Positions 1-9,988 of a stretch of DNA of 42,659 nucleotides are shown in pieces (the stretch's first letter is position 1; every line of letters begins with the position of its first letter). This stretch comes from Terrimesophilobacter sp. (GTDB lineage Bacteria; Actinomycetota; Actinomycetes; Actinomycetales; Microbacteriaceae), in NCBI RefSeq assembly GCF_036565765.1, contig NZ_DATCXP010000094.1, one strand, 5' to 3'. Below the pieces are notes generated by a model that ran no database searches, was not told where the DNA came from, and saw only the letters and a program-made list of their open reading frames with translations. The translations under genes and the position numbers were made by a program.

Positions 1-12
1 TTCGCGGGTGCC

Positions 13-136
13 CCCTTCGAGGCTCGCTGCGCTCGCACCTCAGGGAGCGGAGTCGGCTTCAGGGAGCGGAGTCGGTTTCAGGGAGCGGAGTCGGCTCCAG
101 CCACCTCAGGGAGCGGGAGTCGGTTCCAGCCGCCTC
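13..136. repeat. REP-like element followed by 19-bp tandem repeats
   Basis: cccttcgaggctcgctgcgctcgcacctcagggagcgg, then units of cagggagcggagtcggYty starting at 41, 60 and 79, plus a variant at 107. Resembles intergenic palindromic repeats common in Microbacteriaceae (recalled, not searched). Confidence 0.75.
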
Positions 137-144
137 CCGAAGCA

Positions 145-295
145 GCCTGCACAGCAGGCCCCAGAAGAAACGAGCCGTTAACAGGTGAGGAGGCGGTGGA
201 ACTACTGGCCAATCCGGTGCGAATCTACCCCCGTAACTTCGCTGCCGGCCCTGGCCTGCCACCGCCTCCGGGTGTCCCCCGTCTTGCGTTTTACC
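145..295 (-). ncRNA. Candidate structured small RNA (rod-like hairpin), family unassigned
   Basis: Nested stems 189-199/259-269 (11 bp), 207-211/252-256, 214-217/245-248, 219-223/238-242 and 226-228/233-235. An outer stem (180-185/278-283) pairs via G-U only on the minus strand. TATGGT -10-like hexamer at 296-301 (minus). No credible ORF. Confidence 0.45.
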
Positions 296-445
296 ACCAT
301 AACCCGAGGTCAAGGGGAACTTCTGCCCCCAGATGTGGTCGCCCCCAAGGGAGTGTCAGCATTTATGTGGACACCGGGGTACATAGCGCAGAAAACGCGA
401 AAGCTGCGGCGACACGCGGGGACTCCGCGGAGCGGCTTAATAGGC

Positions 446-485
446 GAAAGCCCCCGGTTGCTACAAGTAGCTTCTGGAGGCTTTC
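446..485. terminator. Imperfect long hairpin, possible terminator or sRNA element
   Basis: gaaagcc-cccgg-tt-gctac-aa-gtagc-tt-ctgga-ggctttc; lies about 110 nt downstream of the DUF488 stop. Confidence 0.45.
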
Positions 486-595
486 TGTTACCTTGGAGTT
501 TTACCTCCTCGGTTCAACTACTATGGCGCAGCGCGAGGCACCGCACAACCCCTAAAGTCTCGCTAGATAGTTGAAAGTCTTGCGCGCCGGTCCGC

Positions 596-943
596 TCATT
601 CCACGGCGAGGTAATCGCGCAGGACTACGGCCTGGTTCTCCTCCTCGTCACGGGCGCTGTACAGCAGCGTGACCTGGTCCTGGGCGGACAGGATGTCGCG
701 CAATGTCCCCACTGCGGGATTGCCCGCAAGCTCCGCGCGGTACCGCGTTGCGAACTCCGGCCACTTCGGCTCCTCATGATGGAACCACTGGCGCAGCCCG
801 GTCGTCGGAGCGACGTCTTTGAGCCACAGATCGAGCTTCGCACGGTCCTTGCTGACGCCCCTTGGCCAGATCCGATCGACCAGGATCCTGAACCCGTCAT
901 CCAGGGCCGGGTCCTCGTAAATTCGCTTGATGCGCAACGTCAT
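596..943 (-). CDS. DUF488 (YeaO-like) family protein
   Basis: MTLRIKRIYEDP..DDGFRILVDRIWPRGVSK..LDLWLKDVAPT..LRQWFHH..F..RYRAEL..VTLLYSARD...NQAVVL; GGAG RBS before ATG at 943. Confidence 0.92.
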   Translation of the reverse strand: MTLRIKRIYEDPALDDGFRILVDRIWPRGVSKDRAKLDLWLKDVAPTTGLRQWFHHEEPKWPEFATRYRAELAGNPAVGTLRDILSAQDQVTLLYSARDEEENQAVVLRDYLAVE

Positions 944-988
944 ATCTCCACCATCCCACTCCCGGCGCTTCGGGGCTACCGTGGAAGC

Positions 989-1327
989 ATGACCGACGAG
1001 AACCCGACCGCTCCGCTCACCGTGATCGATGACCTTCTGGCCATCGCCCCCATCCCCGCGGAAGGTCTCGGCCACACGACGGCGCTGAAGCATCCGGATG
1101 TCCGCCTCGTCGTCCTCTCCTTCAACGCCGGGCACGTGCTGAGGGAGCACTCCGCGCCGTTCCCCCTGCTCATGCAGGCGCTCGACGGCGAACTGCTCGT
1201 GCGTGCGGGAGGGCGCGAGACCACTCTGCGGCCGGGAGGCGTCATCCGGTTGGATGCCGCGCTGCGTCATGAGGTGGAGGCCGTCACCGACTCGCGCCTC
1301 ATGCTCGCACTGCTGACCGCCGGCTGA
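989..1327 (+). CDS. Cupin domain protein
   Basis: LSFNAGHVLREHSAP..LDGEL..LRPGGVIRLDAALRHEVEA cupin motifs; divergent from DUF488 with a 45-bp gap. Confidence 0.85.
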   Translation: MTDENPTAPLTVIDDLLAIAPIPAEGLGHTTALKHPDVRLVVLSFNAGHVLREHSAPFPLLMQALDGELLVRAGGRETTLRPGGVIRLDAALRHEVEAVTDSRLMLALLTAG

Positions 1328-1351
1328 TCCGCCCGCGGTCACCGGGATCGG

Positions 1352-3505
1352 TCAGTCGGCCTCGGCAAGTGCGTCGCGCAGCAGCGCGGCGAGTGCCTCG
1401 AGCTGCACGTCCCCCTCTGCCCTCACCTCGGCATCCGAACCATCCAGCGCACGCGCGGCAAGCCCGGCCTTGCTGTCGATCAGCTCGGCGATCTTCGCGT
1501 CGATCGTGTGCGCGGCGATGATGCGCCACGCGGTCACCGGCTCGGCCTGTCCGATGCGGTGCACCCGGTCGATCGCCTGGGTCTGCTCCGCACTAGTCCA
1601 GGACAGCTCCGCGAGCACGACATTCGACGCGGCCTGCAGATTCAGCCCGACGCCGGCCGCGGTGAGGGAGGCGACCGCGACCGAAACATCCGGATCGTTC
1701 GTGAACGCGTCGATCTGCTTCTGCCGGAACGCCGAGGTCTGATCGCCGCGGATCGAGATCGACTTGAGGCCCTGCCTGGCGAAGTGCTCCTCCGCCGCAT
1801 CCATCACGTCGATGTGCTTCGCGAAGAACACGACCTTGCCGACGGAACGCGCGAGCTGTGCGGTGTAGTCGGCGGCGAGCACGGCCTTCGCCTGGCCGAT
1901 CCTGCGCACCATGGTGAACACGTTCTCACCGGTCTTCGAGGCCTTCGACTCTTCGAGCTCGGCGTGAGCGACGACCCGGATGAGGTCCTCCTGCGAGCCG
2001 TCGGGCTTCGCGGCGAGAACGCGGCGATACTTCTCGAGCAGGCGAGCCATGAGCGCCGCCTCGGCCTGGCGGATGCCGCGGCCGAGGTCGTCGTCGAGCT
2101 CGACAGGGAGGTCAGCGACCCGGCGGGCCGGGATATCGGCCGCGACGTCGATCTTCTTGCGACGGACGATGCCCATCTCGATCACCGCCTTGCGTGCCTC
2201 CGCGAAGAACCCGAAGTCAGCCGGCGTCAGGCCGAGGGCTTCGAGCTTCGCCATGAGGGCGGGCAGCGGCTTCTTGTCGTCGATCCAGCCGAGGAACTGC
2301 CAGATCGCGCGGAAGTCCTCGATGTCGTTGATGAGCGGCGTGCCGGTGAGCGCCATCATGAGTGCGTTGGGCTGTGCCGCGCGGATGCTCTTGCTCAGCG
2401 CGAGAACGTGCTTCGAACGCTGCGACCCGAGGTTCTTGATGAAGTGCGCCTCGTCGACGACCATCCCCTTGAACCCGAACCGGCCCAGCCATCCGACGTG
2501 CCGATCGAGCACTTCGTAGTTGACGATCACCACGTCGCTGAATGCGTCGACGGTCTTGCCGTCTCCGTGCACGACCGTCGCGGTGCGCTGGGGTGTCCAC
2601 AACTCGACCTCGCGTGCCCAGTTCGTCTTGACGACGTTGGGGACGACGACCAGAAGCGGGTAGGCGTGGGAGGCATCCGCCGCGAGCAGTGCCTCTGCCG
2701 TCTTGCCGAGCCCCGGCTCGTCCGCGAGGAGGAAGGTGCGATGCCCCTTCCTCACCTCGGCGAGGAACCGTGCTTGATGGCGCATGAGTTCGAGTCCGCC
2801 CGACAGCTTGAGCGATGTGGCGTCGGGGAGATCCATCGTCGCCGCCCCGCCGCCTGCACCGTATTCGAACGCCCGGAACAGAGGGTCGAGCAGTTCCCAG
2901 TTCGCGAGGCGGCTGGTCTGGAGCCTTGGCTTCACCTGGAGCGCGGAAAGGTCGGGCGCGAGGAACGGGTTCGCCATCTGTGCCTGGCGGACGGACTGGG
3001 GCACGACCTGCTTCTCCAGCGCGGGAGTCACCGGTTCCGGTTCCTTGACGATGATCAGTTCGTCCGGGGAGAGCTCCGCCCCGCTCGCGATGAGCATGTC
3101 CCGACGCAGCTTCTGCGCGGCGTCGGACACCTTGGCGTCTTCGGCGAGGAGCTGGATGAGCGTGGTGTCGCGTGCCGCGGTCTTCGCGAGAATCGTCGCG
3201 ACTCCGTCGAGCCGCTTGAGCAACTCGATGCGCTCGGCGTCGCTCAGCACCTTGTCGGCCTTCGCCCGCGCGCGCTCGTCCCGCATGAGGAGGGCGATCA
3301 CCTGGAACTTGGTCCGATTCGACGGTGACACCTTGCCACGCTCCGCAGCGTTCTCCACCTCGCGCACGGCGCGGGCGAGTACCGGGATGATGCCAACGTC
3401 GTCGCCGGGTCGCGAACGCCGCGAACTCGACTTCTTCTGCGTCGACGTGCCCGCCCGCGAACCGGTTGGCTTGCGCCCCGTGGTCTTCTGGCCCGATCGA
3501 GCCAT
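1352..3505 (-). CDS. SNF2-family (DEAD/DEAH box) helicase
   Basis: LADEPGLGKT (motif I), VVDEAH (II), LTGTP (III), GVGLNL and QAIDRVHRIGQ (VI); GAGGAGG RBS before ATG at 3505. Confidence 0.93.
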   Translation of the reverse strand: MARSGQKTTGRKPTGSRAGTSTQKKSSSRRSRPGDDVGIIPVLARAVREVENAAERGKVSPSNRTKFQVIALLMRDERARAKADKVLSDAERIELLKRLDGVATILAKTAARDTTLIQLLAEDAKVSDAAQKLRRDMLIASGAELSPDELIIVKEPEPVTPALEKQVVPQSVRQAQMANPFLAPDLSALQVKPRLQTSRLANWELLDPLFRAFEYGAGGGAATMDLPDATSLKLSGGLELMRHQARFLAEVRKGHRTFLLADEPGLGKTAEALLAADASHAYPLLVVVPNVVKTNWAREVELWTPQRTATVVHGDGKTVDAFSDVVIVNYEVLDRHVGWLGRFGFKGMVVDEAHFIKNLGSQRSKHVLALSKSIRAAQPNALMMALTGTPLINDIEDFRAIWQFLGWIDDKKPLPALMAKLEALGLTPADFGFFAEARKAVIEMGIVRRKKIDVAADIPARRVADLPVELDDDLGRGIRQAEAALMARLLEKYRRVLAAKPDGSQEDLIRVVAHAELEESKASKTGENVFTMVRRIGQAKAVLAADYTAQLARSVGKVVFFAKHIDVMDAAEEHFARQGLKSISIRGDQTSAFRQKQIDAFTNDPDVSVAVASLTAAGVGLNLQAASNVVLAELSWTSAEQTQAIDRVHRIGQAEPVTAWRIIAAHTIDAKIAELIDSKAGLAARALDGSDAEVRAEGDVQLEALAALLRDALAEAD

Positions 3506-3838
3506 GATCCTCCTCGTGAGAGCTCCCGCCCCCAAAACTCACGCACGACTGACTATCGTGCGCTCACTCGTCCTGCGCTTCCGTCCACTTGCGCCACTTC
3601 CGACGGCTGGCCAGTGGTGCCTGGTAGCCGACTGCGATACTGACGGAGAACCAGACCCGAGCAACTTGCCGTCGGCAAGGTCAGGTCACGAGTGACTCTT
3701 CGTCGTGCTTCATCAGTTTAGGGCATCAACGATGAATATTGCGATAGCGCACCCGACGACGCGACAACAGGAACGGCGATATCCGACTCGCCGTCAGGTG
3801 TCCCCCTTTCGCCGTGGTTTTTCCGATTTGCTAGGCCT

Positions 3839-4804
3839 ATGACTCCGCGGACGGCCGAGTACCCACGGCCGAACCATTTCATCCTGCACCTCAGTGACAC
3901 GCACCTGCTTGCGAACGGGCAGCTCTACGACCGTGTCGACAGCGAGGCCCGGCTGCGCCGCGTGTTCGACGACCTGGAGCGTTCCGGCGCCCGACCGGAG
4001 GCGATCATCTTCACGGGCGACCTCGCCGACAAGGGCGAGCCGATCGCATACGGTCGGCTTCGTTCGATCATCGACCCTGCCGCCAGGCGGCTCGGCGCTC
4101 AGACGATCTGGGTCATGGGCAACCATGACGAGCGCGCGGCTTTCCGCACGATGCTTCTCGGCCAGTTCCCCTCCACGGAGCCCATCGACCGGGTGTACTT
4201 CGTCAACGGCCTGCGCATCGTGACGCTCGACACGAGCGTCCCTGGCCAGCATTACGGGCACCTGGAGGCCTCCCAGCTCGACTGGCTGACCGAGGAGCTC
4301 GCAACGCCGGCGCCGCACGGAACGATCCTCGCAATGCACCATCCTCCGGTCCCCTGCGTTCTCGACCTCGCCGTGACGGTCGAACTGCGGGAGCAGGGAG
4401 CCCTCGCTGAGGTGCTCAAGGGGACGGATGTCCGCAGCATCATCGCCGGCCATCTCCACTACTCGACGAACGCCACGTTCGCCGGCATCCCGGTGTCGGT
4501 CGCGTCGGCCAGCTGTTACACGCAGGATCTGGTCGCCCCGGTCGGTGCGACACGGGCGCGCGACGGAGCGCAGGCCTACAACCTCATCCACGTCTACGAC
4601 CACACGATCATGCACACGGTCGTCCCGGTCGGAGATTCGACGGTCGTCGAGTATGTCTCGCCCGAGGAGACCGCGCGGCGGCTCGCCCTCGACGAGATCG
4701 TCATCCCGCCCTCGAACGTCGCTGACGAGCGTTACGCCGACGCCGCGGAGGCCATTGCGGGATCCGAGCTGGAGCAGGTCACCTGGGAGCTCACGAGCGT
4801 CTAG
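3839..4804 (+). CDS. cpdA: 3',5'-cyclic nucleotide phosphodiesterase (CpdA/Rv0805-like metallophosphoesterase)
   Basis: SDTH, TGDLAD, MGNHD, MHHPP and AGHLH calcineurin-like motifs; SCYTQDL typical of actinobacterial members. Confidence 0.85.
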   Translation: MTPRTAEYPRPNHFILHLSDTHLLANGQLYDRVDSEARLRRVFDDLERSGARPEAIIFTGDLADKGEPIAYGRLRSIIDPAARRLGAQTIWVMGNHDERAAFRTMLLGQFPSTEPIDRVYFVNGLRIVTLDTSVPGQHYGHLEASQLDWLTEELATPAPHGTILAMHHPPVPCVLDLAVTVELREQGALAEVLKGTDVRSIIAGHLHYSTNATFAGIPVSVASASCYTQDLVAPVGATRARDGAQAYNLIHVYDHTIMHTVVPVGDSTVVEYVSPEETARRLALDEIVIPPSNVADERYADAAEAIAGSELEQVTWELTSV

Positions 4805-6411
4805 TCCTGCTCCCGGCGCTCCCAGGGGGCGGCGATCGGGAAGTAGTCATCGAGGAACGACCGGATGGCGGCGGCACGCTCCCCCGGCGAGAGCTCCGGA
4901 AAGCTGCCGTCGTTGAGGCAGAAGAAGTCGACGTTGCGCCGGCGCAGGAGCTTCTTCAGCTTGCGAAGGCCGGAATGCAGAGTCGTGTCGACATACTTGA
5001 CCCTGGCCTCGGTCTGCGTGACCGCCCGGCCGGTCAGCAGAGCGTAGTAGTGGTACAGCGAGTTGGTCACCGAGACATCCGTCGCCGAACGGAAGGCGCT
5101 CGACGCGGTGCGGGAGAAGTCGTCAGGGAACTCGGCCTCCAACTCGCGCAGTACGGACACCCTCAAAGGTGCCGGTGCGTGCTCGAGGTGCCGCGTGATG
5201 ACCCGGCCGAAGCGCTCCCGCAGGAGCGCCCGGTTCACCCTCGCCGCATTCTCGAAGCCGCTGCGTTCCTTCGCCGCAGCGCCGAGCCCGATGCGCGTGT
5301 CCGCCTCGATGAACCTGCTGATGCCGCCCGCCGAGAAGAACACTTCTGCGTCGACCTGCCGCCCGAAGAACATGTCGTCGTTCGAGTACAGGAAATGCTC
5401 GCTGAGCCCCCGGATGTTGTGGAGCTGGCTCTCCACGGCGTGCGAGTTGTGGGTGGGCAGCACGGAGGTGTCGGAGAAGAAGTCCTCGCTGCGGAGGATC
5501 GTGACCCGCGGATGGTCGGCGAGCCAGCTCGGCCGGGGCGAGTCCGTCACGATGTAGATGTTCCTCACCCAGGGCGCGAAGAGGTGCACCGACCGCAACG
5601 CGTACTTGAGCTCGTCGAGCTGGCGGAACCGTGCCTCGTGGTCGTCGCCCTCCCCGATCACGTAGCTCGCCATCCGCTTCGCCCGCGCCCGCTGCCACTC
5701 GAGCTCTGCGCCGTCCACCCAGGAGAAGACGATGTCGATGGGGAATCGCACGTCGCAGGCGAGGTCGTCCCACATACCGTCGATCGTCGGCCAGGTCTGA
5801 CCATAGCGCTCCACCGTGGTCTCGATCACCTCCGCTGCAGGGATGACCCGGCGCGTCATGGCGTTGTCCGTCGGAAGTACGAGCTCGGAGTCCCGGTGCG
5901 ACCAGAACTCGAGCTGCACGCCGTTCGCCGCACCGTAGCGAAGCGTTCGGCTCGGCGACACCCGGGGTCGGAACAGTCGGAACACCCGATCCCGCGGATC
6001 GTCCGACAGCGCCCCGGAGGAGACGAGCACCGCCCTGCGGCTGCCGACGCGTCGCGCCTTCGCCTTGACCCGTCCCGAGAGCACGGGCCTGGAATACAGT
6101 GGCTCGTTCGCTCCGGCCAGCGCGAGCGCGGCGATGACCGCTTCACGCTCGCGTCCGTCGATCGCGATCACCGGGCGCGAGGCGTCTGCTCCCTTCCGCC
6201 GTCCCGCTCCGCGCACGAGCCGGAAACCGATCCCGGCATCGGACAGCGCCGCCCGGACGAAGCACAGATCCTCGATCATGGCCTCGAGGGGCGTCGCCGT
6301 GCTGTTGAGCAGACTGAGACGCCCGTGATGTTCGATCACGTCGGTGCGCCCGAAAAGCGCGGACGACGTCATCCGCACTTCGGCGACAGCCGAAAAAAGG
6401 TTCTCACTCAT
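4801..6411 (-). CDS. Stealth family protein (CpsY-like hexose-1-phosphate transferase)
   Basis: Stealth conserved regions [54 protein letters not shown] and FFCLND. Start uncertain. Confidence 0.9.
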   Translation of the reverse strand: MSENLFSAVAEVRMTSSALFGRTDVIEHHGRLSLLNSTATPLEAMIEDLCFVRAALSDAGIGFRLVRGAGRRKGADASRPVIAIDGREREAVIAALALAGANEPLYSRPVLSGRVKAKARRVGSRRAVLVSSGALSDDPRDRVFRLFRPRVSPSRTLRYGAANGVQLEFWSHRDSELVLPTDNAMTRRVIPAAEVIETTVERYGQTWPTIDGMWDDLACDVRFPIDIVFSWVDGAELEWQRARAKRMASYVIGEGDDHEARFRQLDELKYALRSVHLFAPWVRNIYIVTDSPRPSWLADHPRVTILRSEDFFSDTSVLPTHNSHAVESQLHNIRGLSEHFLYSNDDMFFGRQVDAEVFFSAGGISRFIEADTRIGLGAAAKERSGFENAARVNRALLRERFGRVITRHLEHAPAPLRVSVLRELEAEFPDDFSRTASSAFRSATDVSVTNSLYHYYALLTGRAVTQTEARVKYVDTTLHSGLRKLKKLLRRRNVDFFCLNDGSFPELSPGERAAAIRSFLDDYFPIAAPWERREQD

Positions 6412-6496
6412 AGAAGGCCCAATCGATTGAGCCCGACGCGTTCACCGATTGTGTCTGTGCGCGTACTCAGCTGACACCATTTTAGCTCCGACGCGT

Positions 6497-6847
6497 TCAG
6501 CGCCGGTTTCGGTCGTCCTGGTTCCTCACCTTGATGAGCACGCCGGCGACGATGAACACGAGTGCGGCGACGAACTGCGCGGCCACCCAGCCCTGGCCAT
6601 GGAGGTCGATGGGCCACACCGGATTCCACACGATCGCTATCGGAACGAGCCCGAGAAGCCACCACCACTGCTTCGCCTGCCAGGCGAAGACGCACAGGAT
6701 GAGGGCGAGAACCGCCACAACCGCCTTGATCCAGAAGTACGCGCTGTCGTTGTCGAGCAGCGCCAGCCCGACGAACAGAACGATCGCCCCCAGCAGGCCG
6801 GGTGCGAGCGCCGGTCGGGTGAAGGCCGGAGTCGGATAGGAAGTCAT
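6497..6847 (-). CDS. Small integral membrane protein (DUF6804-like)
   Basis: About four hydrophobic segments; IAIVWNPVWPI motif; ATG at 6847. Confidence 0.7.
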   Translation of the reverse strand: MTSYPTPAFTRPALAPGLLGAIVLFVGLALLDNDSAYFWIKAVVAVLALILCVFAWQAKQWWWLLGLVPIAIVWNPVWPIDLHGQGWVAAQFVAALVFIVAGVLIKVRNQDDRNRR

Positions 6848-6923
6848 CGCCTCAAGGCTAATCGACCCGCGCGCGGCGCCGGTGCGCTCCGCCGATCCGT
6901 CATCCTGCCAATAGAGTCGAGTC

Positions 6924-8261
6924 GTGACCGTAGACGCCGACCGCGCCATCTCGAACCTGCAGGCCCTCGTGCGCATCCCGACGATCTCGCGACTCGATGA
7001 GAGCGAGATGGACTGGGAGCCGTTCCTGGCGTTTCGAGAGAAGCTGGCGGAACTCTACCCCCAGACGCACCGCACGCTCGAGCTCGAAGCGGTGGACGGG
7101 CACTCGATGCTGTTCCGCTGGGTCGGGCGGAGCGAGGGCGAGCCGACCGTGCTCATGGCCCACTACGACGTTGTCGCGGCCACCGAGGACGGATGGGAGC
7201 ACCCGCCGTTCTCCGCCGAGCTGGTCGGGGGCGGGGAAGAGCAGCTCATCTGGGGGCGAGGGACCCTGGACGACAAGGGCTCGCTCGTGAGCATCCTGGA
7301 GGCTGTCGAATCCCACGCGGCGGCGGGGTTCCAGCCGGAGCACGACATCTATCTGAGTTTCGGGCACAACGAGGAGACCGCCGGATCCGGCGCACGAGCG
7401 ATCGTCGACCTGCTTGAGGCCCGCGGCATCCGGCCGGCACTCGTCCTGGATGAGGGTGGAGCGGTCGTCGAGGGCGTCTTCCCCGGGGTGACGAAGCCGA
7501 TCGCCGTCGTAGGCGTCAGCGAGAAGGGCATTCTGAGCCTGAAGCTCACCGTAGACCAGCTCGGCGGCCACGCCTCGACTCCGCCGAGGCTGGCCGCGAC
7601 CGTGCGCCTGGCGCGTGCGATCGTCCGACTCGACCGGCGGCCGTTCCGCAAGAGTTTCGTCCCAACGAACCTGGAGATGATCCGCACCCTCGGTGCGCAT
7701 GCCCGGCAGCCGCTGCGCTGGGTGTTCAGGAATGTGTGGCTCACGAGGGGCATGCTGCTCACGCTCTTCTCGCGCCTGAGCCCCGAGACGAACGCGATGG
7801 TGCGCACGACGCAGGCAGTCACCCAGCTCTCCGGAGCGCAGGCCGCGAATGCCCTCGCGGAGCGTGCCGAGGCGGTCGTGAACATCCGGATCGCCATCGA
7901 TTCGAGCGTTGCGGAGGCCGTCGAACACGTTCGCCGGGCGATCAGGGACGAGCTCGTCACGGTGGAGGCATTGCACCCGTCAGAACCGTCCCCGGTCTCT
8001 CCCACCACCGGGTCGGCATGGGAGCTCGTGAAGCGCACGATAGAGCAGAGCTTCCCCGGCACGATCGTGACACCGTACGTGATGCTCGGGGCGAGCGACG
8101 GCCGCCACTTCACGCGCATCAGCGATCACGTCTACCGGTTCAGCCCGTTCGAGATGTCCGGCGAGGAGCGCGGAACCCTGCACGCGAAGAACGAGCGGAT
8201 GCGCACGGCGACGTTCCTGCGCGGCGTCGCGTTCTACGCGCGACTGGTAGCCCGGCTCTAG
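6924..8261 (+). CDS. M20/M25/M40 metallo-hydrolase (carboxypeptidase S/PM20D1-like)
   Basis: AHYDVV, WGRGTLDDKG, GHNEE, LDEGG, GGHAS and LHAKNER. Confidence 0.9.
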   Translation: MTVDADRAISNLQALVRIPTISRLDESEMDWEPFLAFREKLAELYPQTHRTLELEAVDGHSMLFRWVGRSEGEPTVLMAHYDVVAATEDGWEHPPFSAELVGGGEEQLIWGRGTLDDKGSLVSILEAVESHAAAGFQPEHDIYLSFGHNEETAGSGARAIVDLLEARGIRPALVLDEGGAVVEGVFPGVTKPIAVVGVSEKGILSLKLTVDQLGGHASTPPRLAATVRLARAIVRLDRRPFRKSFVPTNLEMIRTLGAHARQPLRWVFRNVWLTRGMLLTLFSRLSPETNAMVRTTQAVTQLSGAQAANALAERAEAVVNIRIAIDSSVAEAVEHVRRAIRDELVTVEALHPSEPSPVSPTTGSAWELVKRTIEQSFPGTIVTPYVMLGASDGRHFTRISDHVYRFSPFEMSGEERGTLHAKNERMRTATFLRGVAFYARLVARL

Positions 8262-8851
8262 CCGACCATGCGGATCGGGCGGCTCATCGGAGGCTGCTCG
8301 CGCAACCGCTCGAGCGCCGGCCGCAGTTCGGCGAGCCACGCCTGATAGCCGGCGTCGCTGAGGTGCAGGCGGTCGTCGGAGTACTCCGGGCTGATCTCCC
8401 CATCCTCGCGGGCCAACGCCGGCCACAGGTCGAGATACTGCGCGTGCACTGTCGCGGCGAACTGGCGCAGGTGGATGTTCGCCTCCTGGATCTGGCCGGC
8501 GAATTCGCTTCCTCGCGGCATGATCGACTGCAGCAGCATCCGGGTGCCGGGCAATTGGCGGCGCAACTCGACGAGCATGAGCTGGATGTTCCGCACGAGG
8601 TGCTCGACCGTGAGGCGCCTCCCGAGGTCGTTCGTTCCGATGAGAAGCACGATCTCATCCGGCTTCGCGTCGATGACGGCGCCGAGGCGCTCGAGCAGAT
8701 CATCGGTGGTGTCGCCGCTGACGCCGAAGTTGAGGGTGTCGAATTCCGGGAACCATTCAGACCAGTCGCCGGACTCGGTGAGGCTGTCGCCGACGAAGGC
8801 GACCTTCGTCAGCACGTCGAAACGGGGGTCCTGCGCTGCGTACTCGTTCAC
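8258..8851 (-). CDS. SGNH/GDSL hydrolase
   Basis: FVGDSLT, NFGVSGDTT, IGTNDL and DRLHL blocks; GTG start at 8851 with GGGAG RBS. Confidence 0.88.
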   Translation of the reverse strand: MNEYAAQDPRFDVLTKVAFVGDSLTESGDWSEWFPEFDTLNFGVSGDTTDDLLERLGAVIDAKPDEIVLLIGTNDLGRRLTVEHLVRNIQLMLVELRRQLPGTRMLLQSIMPRGSEFAGQIQEANIHLRQFAATVHAQYLDLWPALAREDGEISPEYSDDRLHLSDAGYQAWLAELRPALERLREQPPMSRPIRMVG

Positions 8852-8948
8852 GGCGGACTCCCTTTCTGCCAGCTCAAGGCCTGGACGGGCACCCCTATTT
8901 TGCGCGGTCGCGCTGGGAATCGCCACAGAACCGCTTCGGCACCGCAGT

Positions 8949-9938
8949 CTAAGGGGAGAGCGCGGAGGCGAACCAGTGATCCAGACGGTTCGGACGATCC
9001 GTGATGATCCCGTCGACGCCGAGATCCATCGCCTCCTTCCACCGGCTCCTGGTATTGAGGGTGTACAGGATGATGCCGAGGCCCGCACGATGCATCCGGT
9101 CCACCGACCAGGGATCGGCGAGAACGGATGCCTGGCTCGTGATGATCGCGATCGCGCCGTACAGTTTCGCGAACCCCACCGGATCCTTCGGCAGGCTCGC
9201 GGCGATGATCGCACGCGGCAGGTCCGCATCCACCTCCTCGATGTGCTGGAGGGTGCTCGTGTCGAAGCTCGACAGGATGACCTGCTGGCGGACTCCGTAC
9301 TGGGCGATGAGGTCGAGGACGATCTTCGCCTCGGCGGCACTCCAGTATCCCTTGAGCTCGAGCAGCGCCTTCTTCTGGACACCCCTCTGCTCGGTCGCCT
9401 GCAGCGCGCTCAACAGCGATTCGAGGGTGGGGATGCGCGTTCCGGCGAACTCCGGGGAGAACCAGGCGCCGGCATCCAGTTGCTGCAGCTGCCTGAACGT
9501 GAATTCGTCGACCCGGCCGGAGCCGTTTGTCGTGCGATCCACGAAAGTGTCGTGGATGAGAACAGGAACCCGATCGGCAGTCAGCTGGATATCGGTCTCG
9601 ACGAAGCCCATCGGCCCGTCGAGTGCTGCCTGGAGTGCGGGCATCGTGTTCTCCGGAGCGGCGGCCCGATCTCCTCGGTGGCCGGCGATGAACGAGGGCT
9701 CTCCCGGCGCACGCAGCCCGCCGAAGAGTCCGGACGCCTGCACCTGCGACGGTCCTGGCGTCAGGATGAGGACGGCGGCGAAGCCGAAGACGAGCACCCC
9801 GGCGATGGCACCGCGCCGGAGGGCGGGCGGAACGGATGGTGCGCTCCTGCGATCCTGATGTGTGTTTCTGTTCAGCTGGGGTGATTCTCGGGTGGGCTGC
9901 GCCGGGGTGAGCACTGCCGGATGCTGCGCTGTCGCCAT
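8949..9938 (-). CDS. Glycerophosphodiester phosphodiesterase with N-terminal TM/signal segment
   Basis: IAGHRG..APENT, VETDIQLTAD..VLIHD..VDRTT, RIPTLE, LELK and GVDGIITDRP. Confidence 0.9.
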   Translation of the reverse strand: MATAQHPAVLTPAQPTRESPQLNRNTHQDRRSAPSVPPALRRGAIAGVLVFGFAAVLILTPGPSQVQASGLFGGLRAPGEPSFIAGHRGDRAAAPENTMPALQAALDGPMGFVETDIQLTADRVPVLIHDTFVDRTTNGSGRVDEFTFRQLQQLDAGAWFSPEFAGTRIPTLESLLSALQATEQRGVQKKALLELKGYWSAAEAKIVLDLIAQYGVRQQVILSSFDTSTLQHIEEVDADLPRAIIAASLPKDPVGFAKLYGAIAIITSQASVLADPWSVDRMHRAGLGIILYTLNTRSRWKEAMDLGVDGIITDRPNRLDHWFASALSP

Positions 9939-9988
9939 TGACACGCCATTCGGTAGATCGGTCGGGACCCGCTGCTGCGGGTGAGGCC

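Noticed and set aside
41-136. CRISPR array
   Set aside because: Units are directly adjacent 19-mers with no unique spacers, and there are no cas genes.
205-245. Cobalamin riboswitch or 23S rRNA fragment (aatccggtgcgaatc; cccccgtaacttcg)
   Set aside because: Only short word matches; the other conserved elements and a downstream regulated gene are missing.
59-574. ORFs 59-313, 185-574 and 196-555 as proteins
   Set aside because: No recognisable motifs, atypical codon usage for this genome, and they overlap repeats and strong RNA structure.
440-590. IS200/IS605 end or omega-RNA
   Set aside because: Hairpins are present but no TnpA, TnpB or IscB coding remnant is nearby.
1508-3328. Long antisense or alternative-frame ORFs (also 4975-6474, 10738-12531, 37778-39592, 40981-42600)
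   Set aside because: Shadow ORFs expected from high-GC codon bias opposite real genes; Arg/Gly/Ala-rich with no motifs.
596-3505. Anti-phage defence system (DUF488 plus SNF2 helicase)
   Set aside because: No nuclease, methylase or other defence partners; both look like ordinary actinobacterial genes.
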